Below are positions 62,524-64,000 of a stretch of DNA of 64,000 nt, one piece after another. The stretch covers positions 25,668,001-25,732,000 of the forward strand of contig OX638161.1 in assembly GCA_951804945.1 (NCBI GenBank). The letters run 5' to 3'. The stretch is from Podarcis cretensis (Eukaryota). Numbering within the stretch: position 1 is the first letter of the stretch; the number at the start of each line of letters is the position of its first letter. The notes beneath the pieces are model-generated. The model saw nothing but the letters and a program-made list of their open reading frames with translations. It was not told the DNA's origin and did no database searches. The translations under genes were made by a program, and so were the position numbers.

Positions 62524-64000
62524 TTTTAACATTGAATTGTCATGTCTCTTCACCCTGCCCTCCACTGCTCATGATCCTGGTGCTTCACTGGCTCTGCTGG
62601 TAAGTCAAAGCAACAACACTTTATTTTCTTTCTCCCCTGGCAACGTTTGCAGTCAGAGTGAAGAGCACTCCATTACGGGCCAGCAAATTCTGAGAAGAAA
62701 TAATTGTATGGTAGCTGCACCTTGATCCTGTGATTGGAGAAACTGCCCGTGGTACTATTCTGATGAAACTGCAGGTGACTGTGGCGTTGCATTTGAAGTC
62801 AGGTACCAGACTGTGGGTTCTGGTCCAAGCAACAATGTACAGACAATTGTGTTGAATAGGCATCTCTGTAATCATTGAAGTTGAATATCACAACATATTT
62901 GGGGCCTGTGCAAACTTTCATATGCCTTCTTTCCAAACAATGCCTTGCTGGTTATGAGGAATTGCTGTTTCCTTCTACTCTGCATAGGAAATAACAGCAG
63001 GAATAAAGGGACTCTGGGAAATGTTTCAACACTTCTTCTCATTGGCTCCAGCAAATCTGACAGCATCAGGTCACCCTTATAGATATAGAAAAGCTGGGAC
63101 AAACATTCTCATGCACGATTTGCAACTTAGCCTACTTCTCTTCTGCCCCTGCCCTGCCCCAAGTTGTTAAGAGGTTTGAAGCCCATATTTTTGATACCAC
63201 CCTAGCTTGAATTCTGGGCTCTGGTAAAGTGTATCAGTTTCCCCACATGACATTGTAACTGGGTCCAGAATACAATTAAACCCAATAGGCCTGATATTAA
63301 TTCCGAAGGAAACATGTTGAATCTTGTACCGTAGGATCATGAAGTGATGCTTTTTCTCACCAAGTTTATTATTTTTAAAAAAGTGGTTCCAGCTGTGAGC
63401 TCTTACAGCGTATCGTCTCAAAGTTTGAATTAAGAATTGGGAAGTTCACAGTTCTAATGTCACCTCTGCCATCAAGTAACTAGGTATCCTTGAGCAAATA
63501 AGTATATTTACATATCATCTTTCCTCCAAGGACCTTGAAAGTGACATACATACCCCTTTCCTTTATCCTTACAACAAGCCTATGAAGTAGGTTAGCCTGC
63601 GAGGTAGTGACTGGCCCCAGGTTATCTTGACCTAGTGAGCAACTATTATCTCAGCCTCCCGCTAAGCACCTCCTATACAAAGATACTAAAACTGATCTGT
63701 GTTGCACTGTCTAAATCCCCAGTATTATTCTTACAAATGGGACTTTCGGCAAAAGGTTGGCAGTGTGGATTCAATCAAGCTCACTATCCCCCCCCCCGGA
63801 TACTCCATTCCATCTCCCTCTTCCCCAGCAATCCATCAACATTTTGTGCCCACAGTCCTCACTGGACTGTGTTTAGGGTTTTACTTTTTATATTTTTTAA
63901 TATTCAAATATAAATAACCATAATGCTTTTAAAAAATCAGTATATTACAATCACTATGGTGTTTTTTTCATGTTTTCACCCTCTTAAGATTTTTTTTTTA

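Noticed and set aside
60420-64000. Start of the next gene (e.g. NAGLU by human synteny)
   Set aside because: No CpG island or recognisable coding exon within the window.

Overview
Vertebrate genomic DNA, most likely a lacertid lizard (it carries a Sauria SINE, a (CTT)n-tailed tRNA SINE, CR1 fragments and hAT and Tc1/mariner MITEs). Two genes lie head to head, as in the human 17q21 arrangement. On the minus strand is CAVIN1/PTRF coding exon 1 (8756-8331), whose intron runs off the left edge. On the plus strand is a complete ATP6V0A1 (V-ATPase V0 subunit a1): CpG-island promoter at ~16.6-17.1 kb, 20 constitutive coding exons between 19655 and 58681 that join to 2496 nt (831 aa + stop), and a 3'UTR to ~60.3 kb. 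Two known splice variants are visible: the alternative acceptor adding AELHHQQ and the 18-nt microexon (PAVEEV here). The most interesting signal is a cluster of candidate alternative exons in the region encoding the a1 cytosolic loop before the catalytic Arg helix. It includes an in-frame 75-nt cassette (EGQPVEPPVSPAQSPQAVEAAAAAT) with two further in-frame GT sites, and a second cassette that is either a 21-nt microexon or a 35-nt poison exon. Several transposon insertions have intact target-site duplications, two of them within ~35 nt of splice donors. No prokaryote-type system, CRISPR array or intact autonomous transposon is present.
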